Source: a phage
Sequence record: PV357169.1
Length of the DNA: 43,293 nt
Strand: one strand, 5' to 3'
Shown here one piece after another: positions 1 to 7,648 of the stretch; within the stretch, counting starts at the first letter, position 1, and every line of letters begins with the position of its first letter. The position numbers and the translations under genes are program-made. The notes below the pieces were generated by a model that worked only from the letters and a program-made list of their open reading frames with translations, searched no databases and had not been told where the DNA came from.

Positions 1-314
1 CACAGCGTGCTTACTCATTACCTGCTGATATTGGTTCTGGGGTTACTGTTGTAAGCCTTAGTCCTGCCGGAGTATTAGTACACTCTGCCGGTAATGTAGA
101 CTTAGGTGCACTTGCTGTTGCTAGTGGGGCCACTTCAGGAACATTAACTATACCTAATGCAGATACAACTAAGTCGTATAGCGTTCGCCCATGGGTAGAT
201 AATCCAGCTACTGTAAACGATACTGCTTCCTGCGCTGCTGGCGTAATTACAGTAAACAGGCCTGTAGCAGTAGGTGTCCAACTTCCATCTACAGTGGAAT
301 ACTTATTGTTTTAA
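1..314 (+). CDS. 3' part of a gene that starts at 43046 and crosses the contig junction (156 aa in total); hypothetical protein downstream of the tailspike
   Basis: Frame from ATG 43046 continues through the 91-nt end overlap to TAA at 312-314; product is Ser/Thr/Val/Ala/Gly-rich; followed directly by a hairpin terminator. Confidence 0.5.
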   Translation, partial: QRAYSLPADIGSGVTVVSLSPAGVLVHSAGNVDLGALAVASGATSGTLTIPNADTTKSYSVRPWVDNPATVNDTASCAAGVITVNRPVAVGVQLPSTVEYLLF

Positions 315-315
315 A

Positions 316-350
316 CAAAGCCCCCCCCCCCCTGTAGTTGGGGGCTTTTC
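316..350 (+). terminator. Hairpin terminator after the last gene (poly-C tract / GGGGG stem followed by CTTTTCCTTTT)
   Basis: C12 run at 321-332, loop TGTAGTT, GGGGG at 340-344, then T-rich tail. Confidence 0.45.
321..332 (+). repeat. Homopolymer tract C12
   Basis: Seen directly; matched by a G13 tract at 562-574 about 230 bp downstream. Confidence 0.9.
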
Positions 351-531
351 CTTTTGTAGGTTAGTATTTATAAGTACTATTCCAGGTGCATATACGAAGT
401 TATCTGCAAGTGGGTACAAGAGAAGCGCCTGGAACATCACAAGGACTTCTCCCCCTGCGCAGGTGTATATCTGAACTCGAAATTTGTTATACTTACCCGA
501 CAGGGTCCCTCACCCTCAACGCGCCCAATTG

Positions 532-544
532 CCCCCATAGGGGG
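532..544 (+). repeat. Perfect palindrome CCCCCATAGGGGG
   Basis: Seen directly; as I recall the same 13-mer lies in the T7 terminal repeat, which suggests proximity to a genome end. Confidence 0.6.
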
Positions 545-561
545 TGTCCTGGGAGAATTTA

Positions 562-574
562 GGGGGGGGGGGGG
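562..574 (+). repeat. Homopolymer tract G13
   Basis: Seen directly. Confidence 0.9.
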
Positions 575-798
575 TATCTAGGTGGCTGGATGTCTGGACG
601 TCTAGATGGCCGCGGGCAGCCTGGGGCCTGCCAGTGCCTCTATGGCGCTCTCAGCGGCTCTCTGCGCTGCGCTAGGGCTATCGCTAGTGCTACCCTACGG
701 CTATGCCTGTGCGTTCACTAGGGCGCTTCCTGTGCGCTCCCTGTGGGCCATAGGGGTGCGCTCTGCCTTGCTTATTTTGTGCAGCCATAGTGCCACAC

Positions 799-820
799 CT
801 AGTGGGCCGTAGTGGGCCGC
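799..820 (+). repeat. Tandem direct repeat, 2 x TAGTGGGCCG
   Basis: Seen directly in the non-coding left-end region. Confidence 0.7.
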
Positions 821-846
821 CCAGTGCGCCGCTAGTGCGTCTATAT

Positions 847-881
847 GCTATCTCTAGAGCTATCTCTAGGGTTATCTCTAG
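847..881 (+). repeat. Tandem direct repeat, 3 x ~12 bp (GCTATCTCTAG / AGCTATCTCTAG / GGTTATCTCTAG)
   Basis: Seen directly. Confidence 0.8.
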
Positions 882-940
882 TGCTTTACATTGTGCCGAT
901 TATATGCTACGCTGCGCGCTCCCCACTAGGGCGCACATCC

Positions 941-980
941 ACTACCCACCACTACCCACCACTATCCACCACTATCCGCT
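941..980 (+). repeat. Tandem direct repeat, 4 x 10 bp (ACTACCCACC x2, ACTATCCACC, ACTATCCGCT)
   Basis: Seen directly. Confidence 0.8.
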
Positions 981-1056
981 ACACTCTGCCGTACTCTGTC
1001 GCTATCCCCAGAGCTATCCCTTACTCTTACTTTCATTCGAAAGCTATTCTGAAATG

Positions 1057-1073
1057 ATGTTACAGGAGTAGGA
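1057..1073 (+). promoter_or_regulatory. Copy 1 of conserved motif ATGTTACAGGAGTAGGA (candidate phage-RNAP promoter or nick-site element)
   Basis: Identical 17-mer also at 21259-21275 and 33408-33424; a variant at 13115-13134. Confidence 0.4.
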
Positions 1074-1494
1074 GGGTTTTAGGGAACTACATACACACTA
1101 CTTACTACTACTCACTAGTATCCCCTAGTAATGCCCTGTATTACGACCGTAGGGAGTAAGCATTACCTACACAGTCACCGCATCACTACGTGTCCTTTCA
1201 CTACGTACGGACACTACGTGACGCTTTATGTAGTACCGTGTAGTGTTGACTAGTAGTGGCTAGTATCGGCTAGTGCTATCCCTATTATGGTTGTAAGTAT
1301 TTGCCCTGCTTACCCTTTTTTGCCCTTAGGGATAAATATTTGCAAAAACTTTAAAATATTACTTGCTTCTTTTGGTTTGTTAGCGCTATAGTTCAATCAC
1401 CGGGAGGCGCTGAGGCGCTGAACGGGGTAGAGTCGGGAGACTCCACCGGATTAAAGCTAAATAGTGTGAAGGGTTAGATACTCAATAAAAAGAG

Positions 1495-1523
1495 TTGACA
1501 CCGCGAGGGACATAAGTTAGATT
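1495..1523 (+). promoter_or_regulatory. Candidate host sigma70 early promoter (TTGACA - 17 bp - TAGATT)
   Basis: Perfect -35 hexamer at 1495-1500, 17-bp spacer, 4/6 match -10 at 1518-1523; rightward, at the start of an ATG-poor leader before the first early gene. Confidence 0.4.
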
Positions 1524-1949
1524 GAATCCCGAAGTAAGAAGACTTCCCGATAGGTGATTAGCATCACGTTAAAAGGCTTCAACGGGGAGGCATCGGAAGA
1601 TGCAAGGTAGGACGCGCAAGGAGGCGCTAACAGGTAGTAAGAAATAAACGCGTGACAAGTTCTGATTCACCTAGTAACTTAGATAGCGAACAACGTAGTA
1701 AGCTGGTTTGCGGGGAGGCCCAGTACCTTAACTGGTACGTTGACGACCAAGCCTAGATAATCAGTTATAAAGAGTAAACGTGCCGGACGTTATCACCGGG
1801 GTTCTGAGGCAAACCTTACTGCCGAGGCGTGAGCAGCACGCTCCTCTGAATCGAGGGAACAAGGCGCGGAGTGTATCCCGCAAAGAGCATATAACATAGC
1901 GTAGCAGTAACAAGGCTGCGCTAGATTATGTTCTCTGAGAGGTAAGAGT

Positions 1950-2147
1950 ATGCGCAAAGCAAAACGCCTAGTATTGCGGCGGAATATGCAGTTATCACTG
2001 AATCCTACCGACGACGTGCCGCTTACTGTGAAGCCCAGCAAACAAGGACTTAGCAGTGAGCACAAGGTGAGGGGAAAGCAAAAACAAAAGGGCGGCAGTA
2101 AACAGCCTAGTGGGTGGCCTACTGTTAACTCCCAATTTGGGCACTAA
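1950..2147 (+). CDS. Small basic early protein (65 aa), hypothetical
   Basis: ATG preceded by GAGAGG 7 nt upstream; first ORF after the long leader. Confidence 0.45.
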   Translation: MRKAKRLVLRRNMQLSLNPTDDVPLTVKPSKQGLSSEHKVRGKQKQKGGSKQPSGWPTVNSQFGH

Positions 2148-2153
2148 TTACAG

Positions 2154-2183
2154 CCTATAGCATCCTATGTGGTGCTATGTGAA
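2154..2183 (+). promoter_or_regulatory. Conserved stem-loop element A (CCTATAGCATCCT...GCTATGTGAA)
   Basis: Stem TAGCA/TGCTA; same flanks and a co-varying stem at 2937-2966 and 9714-9745; 45 nt upstream of the gene at 2226. Confidence 0.45.
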
Positions 2184-2225
2184 GTAATTCGATAAGTAAA
2201 CAACCAACAATCAAAGAGGTGCGTC

Positions 2226-2801
2226 ATGACTCATTCAACTGGTAAAGTATTTAAGCTCACTGCTGCTGCTGGTATCCGCAAAGCACTGTCTGGCGTAGTG
2301 GAAGCAAAGCGCAACATCACTATCAGCGCGCTCTTTCACGGCCTGATTAGCAGCAACGTTTCCTGGGCTACTGAAATGCAGCGCAGCGACGCCGCTGACT
2401 TCGATATGGTGCTGCGTACGCTGTTGCCCATCAAGTTTAACAAGGAGTCCGGCAAGTACGAATTCAATGCTAAGAAGTGCTATGCGTCTGCTGAGAAGCT
2501 GGGTATCGAACTGGACACTATGCGTCTGGATTATAAACAAGCTGACAAGCAAGGCCGTGAAGAGATTGTGACCAGCTTCTATAGCTCCTGTATGGCCCTG
2601 TACGCTGCTGAAGCAGAGCAAGTGAAGAATGATGCCCTTGATGCCGATGCAGTGCGCCTGCAAGCTCTGGGGCGCGTTAAAAACGCCATCAAGAAGGCTA
2701 AAGAAACTGGGGTGAGCGACTCTGATTTGGTATCTATGCTTATCAGTCAGGGCGTGGATGTACGCGCTGTACTGGATGCAACTTTGAAGGTAGCGGCATG
2801 A
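2226..2801 (+). CDS. Early protein, hypothetical (191 aa)
   Basis: Long ORF with AAGAGG RBS 7 nt upstream. Confidence 0.7.
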   Translation: MTHSTGKVFKLTAAAGIRKALSGVVEAKRNITISALFHGLISSNVSWATEMQRSDAADFDMVLRTLLPIKFNKESGKYEFNAKKCYASAEKLGIELDTMRLDYKQADKQGREEIVTSFYSSCMALYAAEAEQVKNDALDADAVRLQALGRVKNAIKKAKETGVSDSDLVSMLISQGVDVRAVLDATLKVAA

Positions 2802-2929
2802 TTTATAAGATTCAAGCTATCAAGTGGTGGGCATTGATTCCGGCAGCTAACGACTCTGACGCCTTTGATGTGCCAACCCGGGGCCGCCATAACAGGTGGC
2901 ACTATAAGGGATTGGGAGAATACGTATAA
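2798..2929 (+). CDS. Small hypothetical protein (43 aa), translationally coupled (ATGA overlap)
   Basis: ATG overlaps the stop of the upstream gene; below the ORF-track size cutoff. Confidence 0.25.
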   Translation: MIYKIQAIKWWALIPAANDSDAFDVPTRGRHNRWHYKGLGEYV

Positions 2930-2936
2930 TGGTAAG

Positions 2937-2966
2937 CCTATAGCGTCCTGCGGGGCGCTATGTGAA
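2937..2966 (+). promoter_or_regulatory. Conserved stem-loop element B (CCTATAGCGTCCT...GCTATGTGAA)
   Basis: Stem ATAGCG/CGCTAT; compensatory change relative to element A. Confidence 0.45.
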
Positions 2967-2989
2967 TACCGTTAACAACGGGGTTTCAA

Positions 2990-3211
2990 ATGAAAGCAAA
3001 GCTAATCTATCCGGGGCATGTACTCTGGCCCGTATGGTGCAATCAAGTGCATACAGAGTATAACTATACTGTGATGATATTCTCTGACCGCGACACCAAT
3101 CAGGAATCCCCTTTAGATCTCGTAGACACCCATACCGAAGCAGCGGCGCGTACTTTGCTGGATGCCGTGAATCTCGGTATTATTACCGACTGGAGACAAC
3201 TTTATGACTAG
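2990..3211 (+). CDS. Early protein, hypothetical (73 aa)
   Basis: ORF directly downstream of stem-loop B; weak RBS. Confidence 0.5.
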   Translation: MKAKLIYPGHVLWPVWCNQVHTEYNYTVMIFSDRDTNQESPLDLVDTHTEAAARTLLDAVNLGIITDWRQLYD

Positions 3212-3467
3212 TATTGTCAATATCATTGTTACCAGCGCCATGCTGGTGCTAGGCAACGATGTGAATAACCCAGTGCCTTATTGCACTGTACACGTCCAAC
3301 AAGGGCAGCAGCAGGAGCAGCAACCACGCCCTGAGTACGACCTCTTTGAGAATCCAGAGGGCGGTTGCAAGGCGTTAGGTATTCGCCTACTTAAGGCGGT
3401 GCGAGAACAAGTGCCTAACGTCGCGGTAACTCTGACCGTGGACGGTGTAAGCAACAACGGTATCTGA
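3204..3467 (+). CDS. Early protein, hypothetical (87 aa, Gln-rich centre)
   Basis: Start overlaps the stop of the upstream gene. Confidence 0.5.
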   Translation: MTSIVNIIVTSAMLVLGNDVNNPVPYCTVHVQQGQQQEQQPRPEYDLFENPEGGCKALGIRLLKAVREQVPNVAVTLTVDGVSNNGI

Positions 3468-3474
3468 GGTGGGT

Positions 3475-3654
3475 ATGTACGGAAAGAATCCTGAAACGCT
3501 GCTGATGCGTAGGCAGCAACCAACAATCGACGGGCTAGCGCGGGAGTACAGCGCAAAAGCAGCGCTGCGCCAGCACTATGAGAAACAAGCAAAGCGGCTG
3601 GGTATGACCCTGCGCGGTTACTGTCACCGTTTTAATGTGCGAGGTGTAATATGA
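3475..3654 (+). CDS. Early protein, hypothetical (~59 aa; GTG start at 3469 also possible)
   Basis: GAGGTGGGT directly upstream of ATG 3475. Confidence 0.45.
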   Translation: MYGKNPETLLMRRQQPTIDGLAREYSAKAALRQHYEKQAKRLGMTLRGYCHRFNVRGVI

Positions 3655-3854
3655 ATGAATTAGTTGCATATGACTTGTACAAGCGCCCGAACGGGTTACT
3701 GTACCGGGTGCCGCTGTATGGTACGCTGAACGAGCACGCTGAACACTATAACAAACCTCTGCAGCGGTGGTTGCAGTCAAGCCACACAGTTGGCGGTATA
3801 GTATCCAGCGACAAGAGCACACTCGTGGCTCGCAATGTAGTATTCAAGGATTAA
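3651..3854 (+). CDS. Early protein, hypothetical (67 aa)
   Basis: ATGA overlap with the upstream gene. Confidence 0.5.
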   Translation: MNELVAYDLYKRPNGLLYRVPLYGTLNEHAEHYNKPLQRWLQSSHTVGGIVSSDKSTLVARNVVFKD

Positions 3855-3856
3855 GT

Positions 3857-4201
3857 ATGCTTACAGTAGACGAAACAGCGCTACTGTGCTGGCGCTTGCT
3901 AGAAACGCAGGGCAAGTGCGGGTGCCCGTGGGAAATATTCAAAGAGGTTCCAGATGAACTCAAGCAAATCGTGCCAGTCGAGCGCCGATTACTCCGCGTT
4001 AGAAAAGAGGGTATTGGCACTGTTCTCACAACCTATCGAGAGTATACAGAGTCTGCCGCGCGCAGATTGCAAGAGCACATTTCGTTCGATGTGGTTGCAG
4101 CACTCCTACGGTACGGGTATCGTGGAGCCTATACAAGATTTAGGGCGGCTGTGCGCTCGTATTATAAGCAGCGACAACTCTCAGCGTGGTATGCACGCTG
4201 A
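3857..4201 (+). CDS. Early protein, hypothetical (114 aa)
   Basis: Internal ATG of track ORF 3767-4201, with AAGGA RBS 8 nt upstream and no overlap with the preceding gene. Confidence 0.5.
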   Translation: MLTVDETALLCWRLLETQGKCGCPWEIFKEVPDELKQIVPVERRLLRVRKEGIGTVLTTYREYTESAARRLQEHISFDVVAALLRYGYRGAYTRFRAAVRSYYKQRQLSAWYAR

Positions 4202-4247
4202 ACTTTTAATGCATGATGAGATACTACTAACACCGGAGACAAAGAAA

Positions 4248-5948
4248 ATGCAAGGGACTAATAAAGTAACTGTAGACGTAAAAGTACCTGCCCACGAGGG
4301 TTGGACCATCAAATTTCCAGAAGGGGCCAATGCTCTTCCACTGAAGGATAGTATGTACTCTTCCGGGGATTACTGGTGCCAACTTCCCTACCTATCAACT
4401 CAAGGCCGTGCGCGCGTGCAAAGTAACAAAACCCGTGCGCTTTTGAATGGCTTTTATATGTTGTCAAGGGTGCTGCCGGGGTACCATGTAGCACTCGGCA
4501 ACTTTACAGCTGCAGGAGAGGAGTTGAGTGTATATACTGGGCCGCTGGGCACGGTTGATGTTAGTGACACTCTCCTGCATAACCTCTTTGGCTGTGCAGG
4601 TACCTGCGACCAAGCATTCGGTTTATCTAGCAGAAACTTCTATGATGGCCCTGACGTAGTTACAGAACGCGTAGTAGAAGCGGTCCAATACTTTACCGGA
4701 TACAAGGTGCACAAGCAGGCTATAGAGTTATTCGAAGAGATTATGCTAGCACCTACGTACTCCCTCCGGCGCAAATACCTTCGTGGGTACAGTGAAATTG
4801 ATGGGGATTACTGGGCAGCAACCTTGCTTATGCAGTTGCACGGATTTGTAGTATCTAGATTTGCAATCCCACTAGGTTTCGGCTTCCGCAACGGTGAGCC
4901 TGTAGTAATGCTGGGGCAGCCGCGATTACACAAAGACTACGCCGCTGTTACTGAGTATCGCTGTGTAGAGATGCGAGTAGGTAAGTGGCTCGCTAACTAT
5001 TACGGCAGCGGTGTAGACTTCAGGGAATGTATTGAAGACCTCAAAGCTATGAATGTGGAGCCTACTACATATCTTTGTAAGACCGAGCGGGAGTGGTACA
5101 ACGCATACGAGAATGGTCCTCGTAGCTGCATGACCGGATACAACTTCGAAGATAGCCCGGTGCGTGTATACGCTACGACTAGTCACGGCTTGCCGGACAA
5201 TAATCTGCGCCTGTTCATCCAGTATACTGGGGAACTTTTTGGTGACGACTTTGAAGTGCACGCCCGTGCTATCGTTAACATCGAAACCAATGAATATGTC
5301 CGTGCATATGGGGATGCTGCGGATGCCATCCTACGTGCTAACGGATATGAGTGCAATACAGACTGCTTAGATGGCGTACTACTGGCGCGTATTCCGCACC
5401 CTGAAAATGAAGGTGCCGTGCTTATGCCGTACTTGGATGGGAACCAAGACGGGGTGGATGAATTGGGCGGGGATGCATTCGTTATCTGCGACTGCTACGA
5501 CTACGAAGCGAAGGACGCTGCTGGTTACATTTGGATTGATGATGGTCACAGTGCTTGTGCAGAGTGTGGGGGACGTTTCGACGAGGATGACATGTACGTA
5601 GCTTGTGACGGTGGTTATGTATGCCCGCACTGCATCGGTGATACTTACGTACAGGTAGTGGGCCGCAGCATAGTGTACCCATCATGGGATTGCTCATGGT
5701 CTGACTACCACGACTCTTGGGTACTTGACCGGGACGTAGAACATTGTGCTGTAGAGGGTACAGTGCATGATGAAGAGCCAATGGCGTGCGTACAAGGGTA
5801 CAATGTTCTGAGTGTGCATGCCGAAGAGCACCCAGTGCACGGTATGATTCTCACGGAGTATGCTGCGTCCATATTGGATGAGCCCTACCTCGGTAATGAA
5901 GAAGCCGAAGAAGACAAAGAAGCTAAAGCAGAACAGGAGGCAGCTTAA
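4248..5948 (+). CDS. Large early protein of unknown function with a Cys-rich C-terminal region (CDCYDY, CAECGG, CPHC), ~566 aa
   Basis: Start chosen at ATG 4248 with GGAGA RBS (track ORF opens at 3954 but overlaps the previous gene); paired Cys motifs suggest metal binding. Confidence 0.55.
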   Translation: MQGTNKVTVDVKVPAHEGWTIKFPEGANALPLKDSMYSSGDYWCQLPYLSTQGRARVQSNKTRALLNGFYMLSRVLPGYHVALGNFTAAGEELSVYTGPLGTVDVSDTLLHNLFGCAGTCDQAFGLSSRNFYDGPDVVTERVVEAVQYFTGYKVHKQAIELFEEIMLAPTYSLRRKYLRGYSEIDGDYWAATLLMQLHGFVVSRFAIPLGFGFRNGEPVVMLGQPRLHKDYAAVTEYRCVEMRVGKWLANYYGSGVDFRECIEDLKAMNVEPTTYLCKTEREWYNAYENGPRSCMTGYNFEDSPVRVYATTSHGLPDNNLRLFIQYTGELFGDDFEVHARAIVNIETNEYVRAYGDAADAILRANGYECNTDCLDGVLLARIPHPENEGAVLMPYLDGNQDGVDELGGDAFVICDCYDYEAKDAAGYIWIDDGHSACAECGGRFDEDDMYVACDGGYVCPHCIGDTYVQVVGRSIVYPSWDCSWSDYHDSWVLDRDVEHCAVEGTVHDEEPMACVQGYNVLSVHAEEHPVHGMILTEYAASILDEPYLGNEEAEEDKEAKAEQEAA

Positions 5949-6982
5949 TGTACGGTGTTGACCTTAAACTACTGACAAAGATACTAACAACGCACCGACC
6001 TAGCTGGGGTAGTACCAAATGGTTTGAACCTCTACTTAGTAGCGCTCTTGCTGGTGCAGAGCACTACGTTAGGGATGCTCATGGTAACTACTTTGTGCTT
6101 ATTGGTGGCTCTGAACAGAGTGATGTAGCATTTACATCACACCTCGACACAGTGGCCCGGCCTGGTAGTGCTGCGCCAGACATTGCAACCACTAACAAGG
6201 GTGTAATGTTCCTGCGGAATCCACAGGTGGCGGATTGTCTAGGTGCAGACTGTGGTGCTGGTATCTACTTGATGCTGGAGATGATTAAGCGGGGAGTACA
6301 TGGACGTTACTGCTTCTTCGTGGATGAAGAGGTAGGCTGTGAAGGCAGCAGTGCATCCGCCAAGGACGACACTGGCTTCTGGACTGGTGTCAAGGCAATG
6401 ATTAGTTTTGACCGCCGAGGTGATGAGATCATTACGCATCAACGATACCAGCGTTGCTGTTCTGATACGTTCGCAAAGGAGCTGGCGGCCCGACTAGGAC
6501 GAACGGATGCGCACTTACAAAAAGGGGTATACACTGACTCTGCTGAGTTCATGCAGATTATCCCCGAATGCACTAACGTAGGTGTAGGGTACATGCACGA
6601 ACATACACCAGATGAGGTGCTGGACCTTAGCATTCTTGGTAGCGTACTGGAGCGCGTACTTAGTCCGGGTACATTCAAGCACCTGCCGATTGAGCGTGAT
6701 CCTAAAGTAGTGGAACCGGATGCGTGGTTATCTGCCTATACGCATCCCCTAACGATGCCTCTGGATGTTCCCCCTGCGGAAGATCCGCATTTACTAGCAG
6801 CGTTTAAGGAGGTGTCACAACTTTCTAAGCAGCAACTGATTAGCTGGGTGCTAGATAACCCAGCAAGAGCGGCGGAATACATCATGGTGTATTCTGATTA
6901 TGGCTTCAAAGAAGAGCTGATTGAACTAGGCACCCGAGTTGTAGAGGACTGGGGTGGATACGATAATATTGTGGAGGGTTGA
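5948..6982 (+). CDS. Putative M20/M28-like zinc metallopeptidase (344 aa)
   Basis: Ordered motifs SHLDTV, GADCGAG, DEEVGCEGS and a later His (GYMHEHT) resemble the metal-ligand pattern of M20-type peptidases; TAATG coupling to the upstream gene. Confidence 0.45.
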   Translation: MYGVDLKLLTKILTTHRPSWGSTKWFEPLLSSALAGAEHYVRDAHGNYFVLIGGSEQSDVAFTSHLDTVARPGSAAPDIATTNKGVMFLRNPQVADCLGADCGAGIYLMLEMIKRGVHGRYCFFVDEEVGCEGSSASAKDDTGFWTGVKAMISFDRRGDEIITHQRYQRCCSDTFAKELAARLGRTDAHLQKGVYTDSAEFMQIIPECTNVGVGYMHEHTPDEVLDLSILGSVLERVLSPGTFKHLPIERDPKVVEPDAWLSAYTHPLTMPLDVPPAEDPHLLAAFKEVSQLSKQQLISWVLDNPARAAEYIMVYSDYGFKEELIELGTRVVEDWGGYDNIVEG

Positions 6983-6984
6983 TT

Positions 6985-7452
6985 ATGTCTAAGTTTAAAG
7001 TTGGTGATAAAGTAGTACGCAAATCACCCGACGACAGCTCGTCGTTTAAGAAGCGCCAAGGGGATTTTGATTACTACACAGTTACAGCTATATCCTCAGG
7101 CGGTCACTGGTTACGGTTGAACAATTGTACTATCGATGGTGACTGGTACCCGTGGTATGCATCTAACTTTGAGCTGTACCAAGAGCCGGACGACGAGCTG
7201 CCACCGGTTCCAGCTAGTGTGGCTTACATGAACTCCAAGCGCGACCGCGGCAACGACCAGCGGCTAGTCCTAGAAAGATGCAGTTGGACTGATGAGAACC
7301 TACTCTACATCGGAATAGTTCCTAAAAAGAACAGCACCCGGGCAGAGCAGGAGATTGGTATTAATATGAGTCCTGATGCAGCCCTGCAACTAGCACACGA
7401 CCTTCGTCGCATGGCTATGGATATCAAACGTAAGGGGAAAGCAAATGCATAA
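6985..7452 (+). CDS. Hypothetical protein (155 aa)
   Basis: GGAGGG RBS 6 nt upstream of ATG 6985 (track starts at TTG 6979). Confidence 0.6.
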   Translation: MSKFKVGDKVVRKSPDDSSSFKKRQGDFDYYTVTAISSGGHWLRLNNCTIDGDWYPWYASNFELYQEPDDELPPVPASVAYMNSKRDRGNDQRLVLERCSWTDENLLYIGIVPKKNSTRAEQEIGINMSPDAALQLAHDLRRMAMDIKRKGKANA

Positions 7453-7648
7453 AATTATCACGTACAAAATGCCGCCTAAGAGTATTGTGGTTGGCATTCC
7501 GTTCACTTGGGGATCATGCAGCTTTTGGGTTATAAAGGTAGAGGGTGGCTACATATACCGTCTGGACGATGGACGGAAGGTGGATGTACCCGAAAGAGAC
7601 ATTTTATTGTGTGGAATAGTATACGCTAACAGAATCGAGATTAAGTAA
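7445..7648 (+). CDS. Hypothetical protein (67 aa)
   Basis: AAGGGGA RBS; overlapping stop/start with neighbours. Confidence 0.5.
   Translation: MHKIITYKMPPKSIVVGIPFTWGSCSFWVIKVEGGYIYRLDDGRKVDVPERDILLCGIVYANRIEIK

Noticed and set aside
274-474. 66-aa + strand ORF
   Set aside because: Overlaps the 3' end of the junction-spanning gene and the poly-C terminator in another frame; no RBS.
847-980. Possible CRISPR array suggested by the tandem repeats
   Set aside because: Repeat units are only 10-12 bp, directly tandem without spacers, and no cas genes are present; these are simple tandem repeats.
606-1071. Three overlapping + strand ORFs (606-812, 790-1071, 845-1057)
   Set aside because: They lie in the tandem-repeat, low-complexity left-end region, have no RBS, and show repeat-driven composition; more likely non-coding terminal sequence.
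1500-1560. tRNA-like GATTGAATCCC segment (T-loop-like)
   Set aside because: No acceptor stem or anticodon arm can be built around it; rejected as a tRNA.
1793-2065. 90-aa minus-strand ORF in the early leader
   Set aside because: Opposite to the uniform transcription direction, no RBS, and overlaps the better-supported + strand ORF 1950-2147.
3954-4247. N-terminal extension of the large early ORF (track start 3954)
   Set aside because: Overlaps most of gene 3857-4201 in another frame; ATG 4248 has a proper GGAGA RBS, so the shorter start is preferred (4191 or 4209 remain possible).
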